64,000 nucleotides of DNA, taken from Lytechinus pictus (Eukaryota). Below, one piece after another: positions 47,509 through 60,725 of the stretch; positions within the stretch are counted from its first letter, which is position 1, and each line of letters begins with the position of its first letter. The position numbers and the translations under genes were made by a program. The DNA lies in contig NC_087261.1 of NCBI RefSeq assembly GCF_037042905.1, positions 24,986,001-25,050,000 on the forward strand, in the 5' to 3' direction. The notes under the pieces are model-generated. The model worked only from the letters and a program-made list of their open reading frames with translations, made no database searches and was not told the origin of the DNA.

Positions 47509-47838
47509 TATATATATATATATATACATTGCTTTGTACGAATTATTTCATTCAGCTTTGAATCGAGCAAGTTCGTCACAACATCCGCCAAAAACTTTAG
47601 AAGACATTTTGCAGCATACTCAACATGTTCAAGTAATAGCGAGATCGGTAAACAACAGCAGTTAAATACATATTTTTTTAAGGTAGAAATGAAAAAGGTA
47701 AAAATTCTGACAATTCTTCTGCATTTGTGTCTTAAATGTAAAAAGAGCAAATGCAATTAAAACATGCTCAACACAACGACAGAAAGTTACTTTGGCAATC
47801 ACAAGAGGAATGGGGACGAGAATGATTTTGACGTTATT

Positions 47839-47996
47839 NNNNNNNNNNNNNNNNNNNNNNNNNNNNNNNNNNNNNNNNNNNNNNNNNNNNNNNNNNNNNN
47901 NNNNNNNNNNNNNNNNNNNNNNNNNNNNNNNNNNNNNNNNNNNNNNNNNNNNNNNNNNNNNNNNNNNNNNNNNNNNNNNNNNNNNNNNNNNNNNNN
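47839..47996. other. Assembly gap
   Basis: Run of N. Confidence 1.
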
Positions 47997-48311
47997 TAAC
48001 GGTGATGAAACGATAGCAAATATCATAATGACGTTACTGGTAAAAGAGTATGCCATATTTCAGTGTGTCTATAAACATGATAAACAGGGGGAAAAGGCTT
48101 TACAATTTTGAGTATTTTTTGTCATAAGGTTGCAAAAAATCACAATTACATGTACAGCAAAACATGAGGTATGTGTTTGGATAAAAATTCTTGCATTTTC
48201 TTGAATACATTATTATTTCGGAAACATGGTAAATTACTATTTCAACTTGCTTCGAAAGATTACATTTGGATGGATTCAAATTTGATTTTAATCATCATAT
48301 GTTCAAACCAG

Positions 48312-48582
48312 GGCCCCGTCTTACAAAGAGTTACCATTGATCCAATCAATCGTAACTCTATGGAAATCCATCAATGTCATAATTTATTTTGCAGGTGCTT
48401 GTACTCAATGACTTTTGTCAGCAAAGAAAAGCACACTAAACTTGCAAGAAAAGGATGAGTACATGAATATACAGCATATTTAGAAAATATTTTGAACCAA
48501 CATGCATTTCAGATGTTGAAATTGCTCGCTTTCCAAAGTTGCGATTGATCAGATCAATCGCAACTCTTTGTAAGACGGGGCC
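48312..48582. mobile_element. Harbinger-like MITE, CAG TSD
   Basis: cag|ggccccgtcttacaaagagtt ... aactctttgtaagacggggcc|cag. Confidence 0.88.
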
Positions 48583-48979
48583 CAGGAGTTTTTTAATAAG
48601 TAAACGTAAAAAAATGAGACAGAAGGAAGAAAAAATGAAGTAAAATGATGTCTTATGTGTTTAGCAAGCAAGCGAAGAAAGAGTAATCTTGAATGATATC
48701 TTCAAAACAATCGGGGTTTTTAATGATTTATCCTATAAAATATCATTTTAGGGAAAAGATGAGGAGATTTCTAATTCTAGTAAAATGTACTATTCGAGGA
48801 TATTATTGCTATTGATTTTTTTTCTAGAGGGATTCTATAAATGAAAAGTTTTGAAAGCATTTTTTTTCTGATAGGCCTTTACCCAGATTATATCAATGTA
48901 AAAAAAAAAAATTCAGGCGATCTTCTCCGTTGTCATGGTTGTCCTATTTTCTTTCTCACTAATTCCGTCATGCCCCCAT

Positions 48980-49001
48980 TCTCTCTTTACCTATCTTTGT
49001 C

Positions 49002-49038
<37 letters not shown>

Positions 49039-49130
49039 CCTCCCAAACACATACACACCAACTAACACAGACATATAAACTCACACATCCACACGCTCGC
49101 ATCTATGCAAGTACACACACCCCACACACA
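48980..49130. repeat. (CT)n followed by a CA-rich tract
   Basis: Directly visible. Confidence 0.85.
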
Positions 49131-49259
49131 ACTCGACATTTAACCTACTTCCCTCATCCTGTCTCCGTCTCTCTCATTCCCAACCAATTACGTCCTCTCG
49201 CCCATCAAATGCACCACACAAGGCGCGCGCTTTAATAAAGACACTGCGCTCCCCGTACT

Positions 49260-49625
49260 CAAGCAGGAGTAATCATGGTGAATCTTTACTAGTTTCCCTG
49301 GCCAGCAATCTGCGTGAACCATCCTCCGTTTCAGAGAGACAAGACGAGAGACGGGAGAAAGAGCTTGGATGATAAACATAGGGATCATTATCGTTCACTG
49401 ATGCGGGCAACCATCATCCCTCGGTGCTCCGGCGTTTGATCAGCATCTGGGTAGTACAGCGCCATTGGCAGAGCGCTTTAAAATCCTCTTGGGGCAATAC
49501 TAAACATCGTCTGAACGCAGAAAGAATACGGTGAACTAGCATTTGATTCATCATTAAGAGTTGTTTTAAACATCAGGCATTGCAATTTGAGGCCAGTGCA
49601 TTCATAAACCGCTGATGCCGTACAG
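49260..49625 (+). other. Candidate non-coding first exon of the neurensin-like gene
   Basis: Repeat-free, locally GC-richer block ending in a consensus donor CAG|gtaagt at 49625. The start position and the link to 59883 are inferred. Confidence 0.35.
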
Positions 49626-50354
49626 GTAAGTTTCTGTAGATCCCATTGCATTTTAATGAAGATACAATCTCAATGTGAAGGACGAACGTTCCATTATTTC
49701 AAGGTCAGGGGTAAAATCGTTGCCAATGAGGAAGTTGACTGAACCCACTCGTGTGTAATCCGTGTATAGTCACCCTCCTTATTTTACAGGCTTGTTGTTT
49801 AGTTTTATCTAAATTTATTCGCAATTTCTATGTGCATTTCTTTCACGATAAATTCATGCAGGCAGAATCGTCATTTGACTATATTCTTTCTTTTTTGTTC
49901 ATTTTCAAACATCTTTTCTAAGTTTTATCTAACTTTATTCGGAATTTCTAAGTGCATTTCTTTCATGATAAATTTATGCAGGCAGAATCATCATTTGAAT
50001 ATGTTCTTTCCTTTTTTTTATTTTTAAATATCTTTTCTAATGTTTTATGATTCACATTTTGCTGGCAGTGGAATGAATGACGTCATAAAGCCCTATAAAT
50101 GTATCTTCAAGTTCTATTTTAATCCATTTTCATTGAGCTTCGACTTTCTTAAATTTTGTGTTCTACCAACACTCCTAATTTATAGGATATAAAATGATTT
50201 AAATCAAGAGTGTCTTCGAATAGTGACGAAAGGATTATTGTATCAAAATGGATCCTAATAATACAAAGTCATTTAAATTCAGAATGACATGTAAATAAAA
50301 TTGAACCCTTTCATCCATCGCCCATTTAGTTTGATCGGGCACTTGATCCAAGAA

Positions 50355-50480
50355 GGTGCCGTGGCCGAGTGGTCTAAGGCGATGGATTGGAGATCCGAGG
50401 AGCGGGGGGTTGATTCCCGGCTAGGCACCTCTTCCCTTTAGCCAGGCATTTTATCCACATTGCTGTTTTATCGAGCATCA
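50355..50480 (+). mobile_element. tRNA-derived SINE head
   Basis: GTGGCCGAGTGGTCTAAGG (A box), degenerate B box GGTTGATTCCC, then a SINE-like body. Confidence 0.7.
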
Positions 50481-53400
50481 TATAAATGAAATTGCTATAT
50501 GCATCATGAATACCGATGTATGGTCTTTTTGAGAAAAAAAGAAATAAATAAATTACATTTTGTGAAATATAGGTAAATTGATTGTGTAGAGCACATTTTA
50601 AGATTATATCCCCCACCACAGTTGTTTCTGGGCGCATGTATGAATATATTCTAGTAAAGACATGGAATAGTGATTTGTACTTTAGGGCATGTTAGAAGGA
50701 TTTACCAAACCCATGAAGACGAAAGTTCGGCAAATGCAAAACATCTTTCCGAGAATCAGGTACAAAACACGTTTGTGACGAATTTAATAATCGAATTCAC
50801 AATCTTCAAAGTATGCTTAATCCACCCACGCTGTGTTTACACATCGAACCTCTCTACGCAAGGCCCTCTCATCAAAATTCAATTTCCATGGAAAATGGCG
50901 GAAACATGTACCTGGTGAATTATCTCTGAATACGAAATCAGAACCCCAGATCCCGTAAAAGGTTTGAGATGGATAGCAAATATCAAAGAACAATTCTGGT
51001 TAGTTCCTGGTTAGTGTTCTGAAAGAAACACGCATGTAACATTGATCTGGATTGGTCATCGTTTTGTGGAGATTGGTTGCTAAACTGTGTCGCCGAGCGC
51101 TTGATAATTTTCTTGCAAGGTGAAATCACTTCTCAGGTAAGTGCGTCTGGCCACCTGAGGCAATTCCACTTTTGATGGAAATTCGGCTACGTACGGTTTT
51201 ATCACGAAATGGGTATATGAACTGGTTTAATTTATTGTAATAATGGCCAGCACCTGATAAGATTGGCCAACGGTATAACCATTTTATCATTCAAGAATTC
51301 ATTGCATATTTGGGGATATGAAGTTCTCTTCACGCCATTTCTTGATATCGCATACTAAGTATATCGTTTACCTGCACCTATGCTATATCATGACATCAAC
51401 CGATTTTCACATTTGCCTTTACATTTCCTGAAAATGATTGAATATACAAATTGCTTAAGGAGTGAAAGTATGAAGACTGCAAAGATACTTAACTCATCGT
51501 TTTGTGTTTTATTTTATCACCAGTAAATGGGCACATTCGGCTACTAGGTCACCAACGAACCCACATTAAGCAATGCACGAACTTATTTACAACCCTTTAT
51601 AGGCTCTAAACCCCCCCCCCCTCTTAACAAGCTATGCTTTTCATGATAGAAGTTCCTATTTCATTTCAAAGTGTTGTATTACATTTCGTCTTCTTTGGCA
51701 TTTTTTGTTGAACTTGAAATGTAATAAACCCCTTATATCAATAAACCCTTCTTTGACTGAAAAACTTTAGCTGGCTTTGACTGTAGAGCGGGTTTTTGTG
51801 TGTCGCCTTCGGGGACACCTTTACCGTATTGGTGTACAACCCGAACTTGCTATATAATTGCACCCAACTTGAATGTGCAATGCAGAACACAACAACCTCT
51901 CACCGGAATCTTGGTTCTGTACTCACAAGAACCCTCGGAGATACCTTAATCGATCGTTAGAAGAACAGTGTCTCACTTTGCTCAAAGTGACGTTGAACAT
52001 GTTGAACATGAGGAAGTCCCTGAATTATTCATCGGAGCTAAGGCTACATCTTGCTGAATTTCAAGCACAATTAATTTCACTTAGGCTTTAATTTGAACTC
52101 GCAATTAACCAATTTGCAATCGGTTGACTGTGATGCATTTTATATGCATGTATCATGACTGTCATCGCATTAACCTACATGTATCATGGTGTGCATGCCC
52201 GGACAATGTGTTTACGCATGAATATTTTATCATGTCATTCTTTCGCGCTGATAAAGCTAATACCTTCTAGTTCAAAAAATAATGTTGATTTTAATTCAAT
52301 TCCTCCTTGTTCACATCCTAGGAAATTGAATCTGACATTTCCATATAGCTTTACATAGATATGAATGGATCATTTTCCTCAGATTTTTTATTATGATCCC
52401 ATTTTGACCTTTCCCTTGTCAGGGTCAATTGTAACAGGAATAGCTTTGGAATACCCAAGAAAATATATCGTAATGTTGTTGTCACCTTTACATAAACCTG
52501 AACTTAGATTCACGAGTGCATCTTTTTGTTAACCTAAATATAAGACATATGTTTAAACTATTAAAATCAATATTTTTTAGATGAAAACATGAACACGTAT
52601 TGGTAAAATAATCCCACATGACTACACTCGTTCGAAGAATCAATCGTGGAGATACACTCTACCTATAATGTGGTAATCATGGAAGACCGTGTCCAATTAT
52701 GCAGATAGTCTCTACGTCAAGGACTAAAATGTCTCTATCCATAACTGTCATATCTGTATGATTGTACCGTAGTTATAACATCAGGGCAACGGTGGTATTT
52801 TTTAAATCGTGTTACTGGAATCGCCACTCGATGAATCAGAAAAAACGGCATGTTGGCAAAGTTCGCTTTAAAAGATACACCAATCATGCCAACAATTATC
52901 GTGATTCTTGTGATTGAAAAAGTCTCGACATTTCCCTGATCCACTCAAGTAAGGTTTCGCTTCGAAACGGGGGCCAATATCAAACACTACTCCATGCAAT
53001 ATTCCCAATCTATTTCTAATTTATTGTCATGTATATCTCGTAAACCTTTGGGGAGTTGGGAGCAACGAATTACATAGATGCACGTTGCCATGGGCCCGAG
53101 ATGGAGGTCGCGGTCGAAGAGAAATTTAATGAATATTGATTCAACCCCCTCAAAAGGAGCAAATGCCAATATTGTAATAAGAAAACACATGAAGTAAAAG
53201 CAATTTGGAGGATTTAGGGATAAATGGGGACCCGTAGGGGATGTTGCCATGTTCACCTTGGATAGTCATGTGAGGTGAATAAAATGCAGCTGAGCAGAGT
53301 AATGGATGATAGTTCTAGATTTTTTTAAGGATGAACAGTGTGTGTTTATCCAGACTCTATTTTCATCGCTTCAGATAGATACCGTCCATCACAGAGTTGT

Positions 53401-55689
53401 GCTTTGATATGAAATGGATCGTAAATGAGGCGATGCCTTTAGTAAATAGTTTAGCTATACATTTATATATTAAAAAAACGTTTAAGCATTAATCTGAGCC
53501 AAAACACTGAATTTAGGCCAACACAAACCGAATGACTGTTCTCCGTCATTTGTAATCCCAAACTCATTTTCCTCCCCACCCCTCTACTCTACATACACAT
53601 AAACAAACACCCTTCTTAACACACACACATACAAACGTAAACCCACCCACGCTCGCGCACGCACAATCTCACACACTCACTTCAAGCCAATCAAGTTTAC
53701 AAATCTGCTTTTATCTTAATATCTCTGGAGTAACGCATGGTCGTGTGTATCCAGAGGGCTAACGTGTGTAATTAGATCCACAACCCTTAATTTTGTCATG
53801 TACACATCCTCTATGTATTTTTTTTCAAATTTATCTTCTGTGAAATGCCTATGAGTCCCGGGTGTCATATTAGGAAGTTTTCGCAAACACTACGGTAACG
53901 GATTCAAGAACACTCTAAATATATTGGAATTGTCCGTCAACTGACAAAGAACATGCGGGTTGTATTTGTCGAAAATGGGTGAACCGGAACAACAGCTACG
54001 TCCTAAGTTTCGGTGCTGACGAACAAAAAATACAAATAAGTCGGGTTTTTTTTTTTTTGCAGAGGCTACGACGGAACTGCTGTTTTGATTCACCAATGTT
54101 CGACTAAAACTTCTTAGGTGTACTTTGTCATGCAGGATATATATGACAATACGTTTTCTATGTTTTTTAATCAGTCGTGCATCGCCGAAGCGATAAATCC
54201 CAATTGTTGAAGTTTCTCGTGTCTTATTTGAACATTAGTACATGTGTGTGTAATTTGATTTGCATTTTACATGTATTATGAATTTAAAAACGACAAGTCC
54301 GCCTCTTTGCCAAATCGCGGTAAACATGGAATATTGTTGCTTATACATGTTCCCATCTTGTGTGTAATTTGTATGCCGGAATTTTCCATAAAAAATTGCC
54401 AATTGCCAGAAATTATTTAATTTTTCTTGTTTTACTCGAAATGGACTATCATAGGCTTGAGTCGTTGTTGTACTTATATAGTCATACACACATACTATAT
54501 GTGAGTTTAGCTTAATCAAATGTAGCTAAGCTTTTAATTGAATGTCCCTCTTATCATTGGAACTGTATTAAAGCTTATTATCATGGTTTTCTTCCCCTTT
54601 AAATATGGAGGAACGTTAACTGGTCGTCGCAGATTAATTACTTTGCCCCAGTCGCTTTTAATATCCGCCCTCATGAGATCGAAGTCATATTTGCTTTATT
54701 CGGTGGCGCTTTGTCCTGATGTTAGTATCCCCCTGATATTTTAGAACAAACAAAAGTAGTTTTCTAATCAAAAGGTCTCCTCTTTTTATGTACCCAGTGA
54801 TATACTTTTTCGTGATTTTTTTTTGTGATTTGATTTTCAGCTTGATCAGGGTTAATGAATTATCATATAACAAACAACGATTGTGACCATTCTTGTGGCT
54901 CATTTCTATTAATATTAAAAATTACACTTGACCCATCACTGTTGTTGATTTTAGTAATACCTACCAAACTATTTATTTTCTTCTATCCCACCAAAGTCAG
55001 TACTCCCCGAACCCTACACGAGTATCCTCTACTCCTTTTCTCATTCTCTCCCCTCCCCCCTCTCTCTCATACACACACACAATACATATGACCTTATTCG
55101 CAAATAGTTATTCCTAGGGGACGAGACGCGTAAAAAAATCGGAGAAACTAGAAAAAGCGAAGCGACCGAACTTGCCATAGGGGCGCTTTTAACATTCAAA
55201 AGTGCAATTGAAGGATTTTACTAAAAAAAATTTCAGTTAAAAAATGTAAGTTTTCAAAATTACTAAGAAAGAACTGCCCCTGCCTCCTCCCCACTGCATA
55301 CGACAATGCTCTCTCTTTCTTTCTTTTTATCTCTCTCTCTTTCTCTCTCTGTTTCTTCTTCTTCTCCTTCTCCTTTCTCTTCATCTATCTATACTCGATT
55401 ACCTATTTGCAACTTGCAAATAATCCATCCTTCATCTTAGAACATAATGACCATTTCAATTTTCATTCCTTCGTTGTCAATGACAGAATTTCTTCTTTAC
55501 TTATAGTTCTTCCTCCTACATGTACGTCAACAAATCTCTTGAAATTTGGTAAAAATTAACCTATCCGTTTTATATGCTTCTCCTTTCAATTCTTCTTATT
55601 TTTATATTCGCTATTACCTTTTTTTCTTCTTTGTCTACTTCTTTACCATTCTCCTTTTTGATTTCTCGTTCTTGCTTCTTCAATTTTCT

Positions 55690-55870
55690 AAATTCAATTC
55701 AAAATTTATTTCAATCAATCAGTCATGAAAATACAGGTATATACACATTTTAGAAAAACATGGGATTGGGAACCCCTGGAAGTCTTTATTTAAAAAAACT
55801 TGTAGGAGGGGTACCACCATGATACAATTAAATACAAATAAATATGCAACATACATAAAGAGTAAACAAC
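55690..55870 (-). mobile_element. Retroposon 3' end with a (TTGAA)n tail
   Basis: Inverted homolog of 58520-58676. Confidence 0.65.
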
Positions 55871-58519
55871 AAATAACATGGAAATGTGATGCAAAAAAAA
55901 CGGGTTCATTTATTTTAATCCTTCCATTTACCTTCACCCCTTTATTTCTCACATCATTCCCATGTTAACTCTATAAAAACTTTTCCTCTTTTCTTTTATT
56001 CTCATCTTCCCCCACGACACTGGTACATACTGAGACACCCCAGTCTGATTGACAGTTTCTTATATTCAGGCATGCATTATATTTTTTTAAGAAACAGCTT
56101 TCAAAATTCTAACTTGCATAAAAGAAAAAAAAAATATATTTTTACAGGGGGAATGCACGTTTTTTTTCGCCCAATATTAAGGGGTAAAATCGTTAAAAAC
56201 ACTAAAATCCTAATGTAATGGTTACGATAGCTTACATACCTCAAAGGTATACTAGCATGAACATTGGAAAGACAGAGTTGCCAGGAATATTCTGTGCAGA
56301 CACTGTTAATTTATTGCAACTTGCTGCTAGACTTTTCGCCGCCACTTTACTGGTTACTCTTAAAAGCTAAATTTCACTGGGTTTTTTTAACGGTATTTTC
56401 ATTGTAAAAATTGTACCCAAAAATACTGCTTCTCTCGTAAAAATACGGTGTTTTTTAACAATATGAAATTAGTTCAATTGTCGAAAACTATTTAAAAAAA
56501 TACGATTTTCTTTCACGGTTTCTCCATACCTGTGTAGGATGTTTATCCTTCCTTTTGCAAGGGGCTGCAGATTTCCCCTATTCCTTCCTCTCTCGCTCTT
56601 ACCAGGTAGGCAGGCCCCCATGTGTCCACTTCTCCAATTCCGGCCATGTCCTAACCGTCATGGCCGTTGACAATCAAACAAGTCAGTTACCTTCAGTACT
56701 TAGTTATTATGGCTTTAGAGTTTCTGTTAGCTTTGATTCCCATGGACCTCACCATAATGGATTTCTCATGACACCTGAGCTGAGTAATAATTGCTGTGAA
56801 ATAAGACTGGAGACGTTTTCTGAGTGAACTCAAGGACTCAATTTTCCTCGATAAAGAGAGATTCAGCTTCTCGGGATAATGAAGCTATTAGAGTCTGTGG
56901 AGGATATGCTACGTTATCAAAAGGAGTTGATCGTAGCCCAATGCCTCATGCAGCCACACCATCGAATCCATCTCCTAATCAACCGATAATATATAATTGG
57001 TCTTAACGTAGTAGCTTTTGTTTGTCTGGAGTCCGTTTCGACGGTGTGGCTTGGTCATAAGCAATGAAGCTGTCGTGCATGATGTTCGAAAACATATATT
57101 AGAGGATCCATCAGCAATACCAAAAAGAAAAATGGGGATTTATTTTTAAATGATAATGGCCATGAGATCCATTTTCAAACACGTTGCATGGGTTGCAATA
57201 GAAACATAGACCTATATCAAATATGGGATTTTATAAAACGCAGTTTACTGTATGAACCTTATAGTACATGCTTAGTAGTCTAAACCATCACTTGTGTGTA
57301 CATTATTTGTAACTGAAGTGACTGTTATGACGTTTATTCTGCTTTTTATATTACTTTTGTTTATATGTTTGTTGTTATGTTTATTATCTGAAAATTGAAA
57401 ATGAAATAAATTGAAATTGAAATTTGAAATTGAAAAATGTAATGTACCCTTTAAGCCTTTATGAACGCTATACTCTTCTCTGAATATTCAGAATGAAAAG
57501 GATGGTGTACGCAATGCAAATTCCTTTTCTCTTCTCTCTCTCTGAATTTCGCTGACCCTTCAGAGAAATCTTCCACGTCTGCATACCACACTAAAAATGA
57601 ACACACTTTGAGAAATGTCATATCGTACTGTCAGACCTTGTCTATCAGTTTATACGCTCATTGTATGGCGTTTTAGGCTCCAAGGCCGCATCTAAAAGCA
57701 TGGGCAATTCGTGAGTATTCGTAAATATTCCCTTTTAGGTAATAAATGCGACATGTACTACTTCACCTGTCTTCTCTCTCCTAAGAAATATGTGGGAGGA
57801 TACATTAGAGAATGATCTGGATAACGTTTATGTGTATTTAAATGATATAAGAACTTCTGTAATTCTTAATGGAATGAATGTTTCATTTTTTTCTCATTTC
57901 TTTTCAGAGTAGTATTAAAAACGTTAATTTCTGGAAATTCATTTCTGGTTATACAAGATGTACTAAATGGTCGTTACTCTGTATATCATAAGGCACCCTG
58001 AAGCGGGGGCGACATGTCTAGAATTATATGTTCCAAGTTCTTCTGCCATTTTCAGTGCGATAATTATTTGTCTGGTTTTATATTTTAATACGCCAAAATG
58101 CATTATTAAATCATACAGGATATACATGCCTCAAAATTTGATGTCTCAGATAAAGTTTATAGCATAGGCCAGACGCGGATATTTGGAGTAAGTGAATATA
58201 AATCACTCGAATGAAACCGACTCCTCATCAACCGATATCACGTCATAATAGTTTTGGACAGTCTTTAGTTGATTTACTTGGTAATATTACCCAAAATGAT
58301 CTACGTTGTAGAGGAATCAAGCTGTGGAATGATTTAAATAATGATATTAAACAAAGTAAAACCCTCAATAAGTTTTAAAAACTTTTGAATGTTGAATTTT
58401 TCTCTCAGTATAAAAACTCCTGCCAATAGCACACTGTAGGTCATTATGATTTATAATTATTACTTAAAAAAAATGTACTTCAATGTTATTTGTTGTTCAC
58501 TCTTTATGTATGTCTTATA

Positions 58520-58676
58520 TTTATTTGTATATAATTGTATCATGGTGATGCCCCACCCACAAATTTTTTAAATGAATACTTCCAGGGGCTCCCAATCCCA
58601 TTTTTGATCTAATTTGTATATACCTGTATTTTTTATGATTGATTGATTGAAATAAACTTTGAATTGAATTGAATTT
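58520..58676 (+). mobile_element. Retroposon 3' end with AATAAA and a (TTGAA)n tail
   Basis: Same family as 55690-55870. Confidence 0.65.
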
Positions 58677-59882
58677 AATATGTGAATGCATACCGTGTAT
58701 CAAATGGTTGGTAATAACCTCGAAGACGAAATATCCTGTCTCTGTAATTCACCATTCCTATTCCTTCTCTTCCCCTCATTGATTGCAGATCTCCATTCAC
58801 ACATCTTTCCGGGATGCACTGCTGGTCGTTAATCATCCTCACTATTGATCAGGACGATACTTACGTCATCCACCCTCGCACTTCCAGAAAACGAGCCGCA
58901 CATCATCCTTTAAGCATACACCACCTGAAGCCGTCTGCATCAAAACGACTCTGAAATAACTGTGGTCTGACTAAGACACTATAGAAGGAGGAAGACTGTG
59001 GTTTATCTCTACACAAGTGAATTGATTTACGAAAAGGACTGACGTAAAGGGATAGAAAAACGATGTATTTATCGTCTGCTTGTAGTGCTTTATGAAATTG
59101 GCGCCTCGACACATCAGAAGTAGGATTGCCGCTTCATCGTGTGTCATATGATAACAAGCTACCTTAGTTATAGAAAGCTAGTCTCATTCTGAAAAAAAAA
59201 CTGACCTCGAACATGCTGAATACTTCGTCATTCATCTCCTTACAATACTTTCGGATGTGGTGAGAGCATTCGAAATGAGAGCACTGTATCCTTCCCGGAT
59301 CTACTTTCCATGTGTGATTGTTCTTCATGAGAGTAGAAGCCATTTACCATTACATTATGCGTTCTACCGGGTTTCAGATTAATACAAATTGTAATTTCGT
59401 GATCTAAAACGATTCTCTTCGATTGCTATAGGAGTTGTGTATGATTGCTTTTCTTCATATTCATCAATCTACCTAGATATGATTGAAGCTTGATTATGCT
59501 GATACTATATTCAACGTTAAGGTATTACCATGGTGCTTGATGCAACTTAAGTGCAGAATTAGCAATTACTTAACTGGAATTTATTTGTGATTACTTGACC
59601 AGAAGCAAGGCCTCACTAACCATATTTCAAGTGCCATCTCTTGTGTACGTCACTCACTGATGTCATTTTGCTCGCTGGAACATAATTTGAAATTCTGAAT
59701 TGATTTGTAGGCAACCCACGCAAGAACGGTGTGTGATTTTTTCTTTTTCAAAATATCTTGCTTCGCAGGATACATCGATTCATTCAAAATATTATTCCGT
59801 GCCTTTGTATTTTCAGTTTGGATTAACTGCGGAATATAGGAAATTTTCTTCTAAGTGGAAACAACCAAATTAAATAGTCAAG

Positions 59883-60725
59883 ATGGAAGGCCACGACGAA
59901 AGTAGCAAAGATAGTCCGGGAACATCCCTTGGCGATGAAAGCAGCGGATCGCATGGTCCAAACAAAGCCCCGCGACATGTGCCTTCAACGTCAAAGGAAA
60001 GTCCAGTTGTAGCTAGACGGAAGATAACACGCCCACCACGTCTTGAGAGCGTGTCAGAGAGCGAAGTCAGCTCAAATGTCGAATCCCCGTCGTCAAGTTC
60101 AGAGTGGGGTGTCAGGTCCTACCTTCATAATTTCTACGAGCCCGAGAGAGGGATGCGAAGCAAGGATGATCTGTTCCTTGGGGCTGATCACCAATCATCC
60201 ATGAAGGACAGTCGCCATGATTCCTGCTCTACTCAGTGTTGGAGAAGACGGTGTGCCTGTGCTGCACATTGGTGGAAAGCGGGCGTTTTTGTCGGTGTGA
60301 ATATTCTAATCCTAGCGGTGCTTGCTCTGTTGATTGGTTACCTGGTAAAACCAAGACAGGATATTGTGGACTATCGGGCTGACGTCGCCGTGGTAGATCA
60401 GGAGGATGCAGCATTCAATCGCAAACTCGAAGCAGCGAAACTCGCAGGGCTTATCATGCTGTGTGTTGGAGGATTCATTGTCGCTATCTCTCTGCTGATT
60501 CCTAGTGTGCTAACCTCTTCGTCCGAAAGTGCCGGGCATCCAAGCGGGATAAATATTGATCCTGATGACAACTTCCCACCGTACCTGCCCTTGAAGACTA
60601 CAGACGACCCAACGGCCGAAGATGGGATACCTTATACTTCCGAACTGTCCAACGTGCAACCGCAAAGGTCAGGGACAGAATCAGTAGTAGCCGGTAAAGG
60701 AATGATTAAAGTTCAGGCCAGTTGA
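59883..60725 (+). CDS. NRSN1: Neurensin-family two-TM vesicle membrane protein (neurensin-1-like), 280 aa
   Basis: WGVRSYLHNFYE matches the neurensin YGVRSYLHQFYE motif; WKAG-TM1-GYLVKP, VVD..A.FN..L..KLAG-TM2 and a C-terminal NVQP follow the family layout. NRSN1 versus NRSN2 orthology is unresolved. Confidence 0.9.
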   Translation: MEGHDESSKDSPGTSLGDESSGSHGPNKAPRHVPSTSKESPVVARRKITRPPRLESVSESEVSSNVESPSSSSEWGVRSYLHNFYEPERGMRSKDDLFLGADHQSSMKDSRHDSCSTQCWRRRCACAAHWWKAGVFVGVNILILAVLALLIGYLVKPRQDIVDYRADVAVVDQEDAAFNRKLEAAKLAGLIMLCVGGFIVAISLLIPSVLTSSSESAGHPSGINIDPDDNFPPYLPLKTTDDPTAEDGIPYTSELSNVQPQRSGTESVVAGKGMIKVQAS

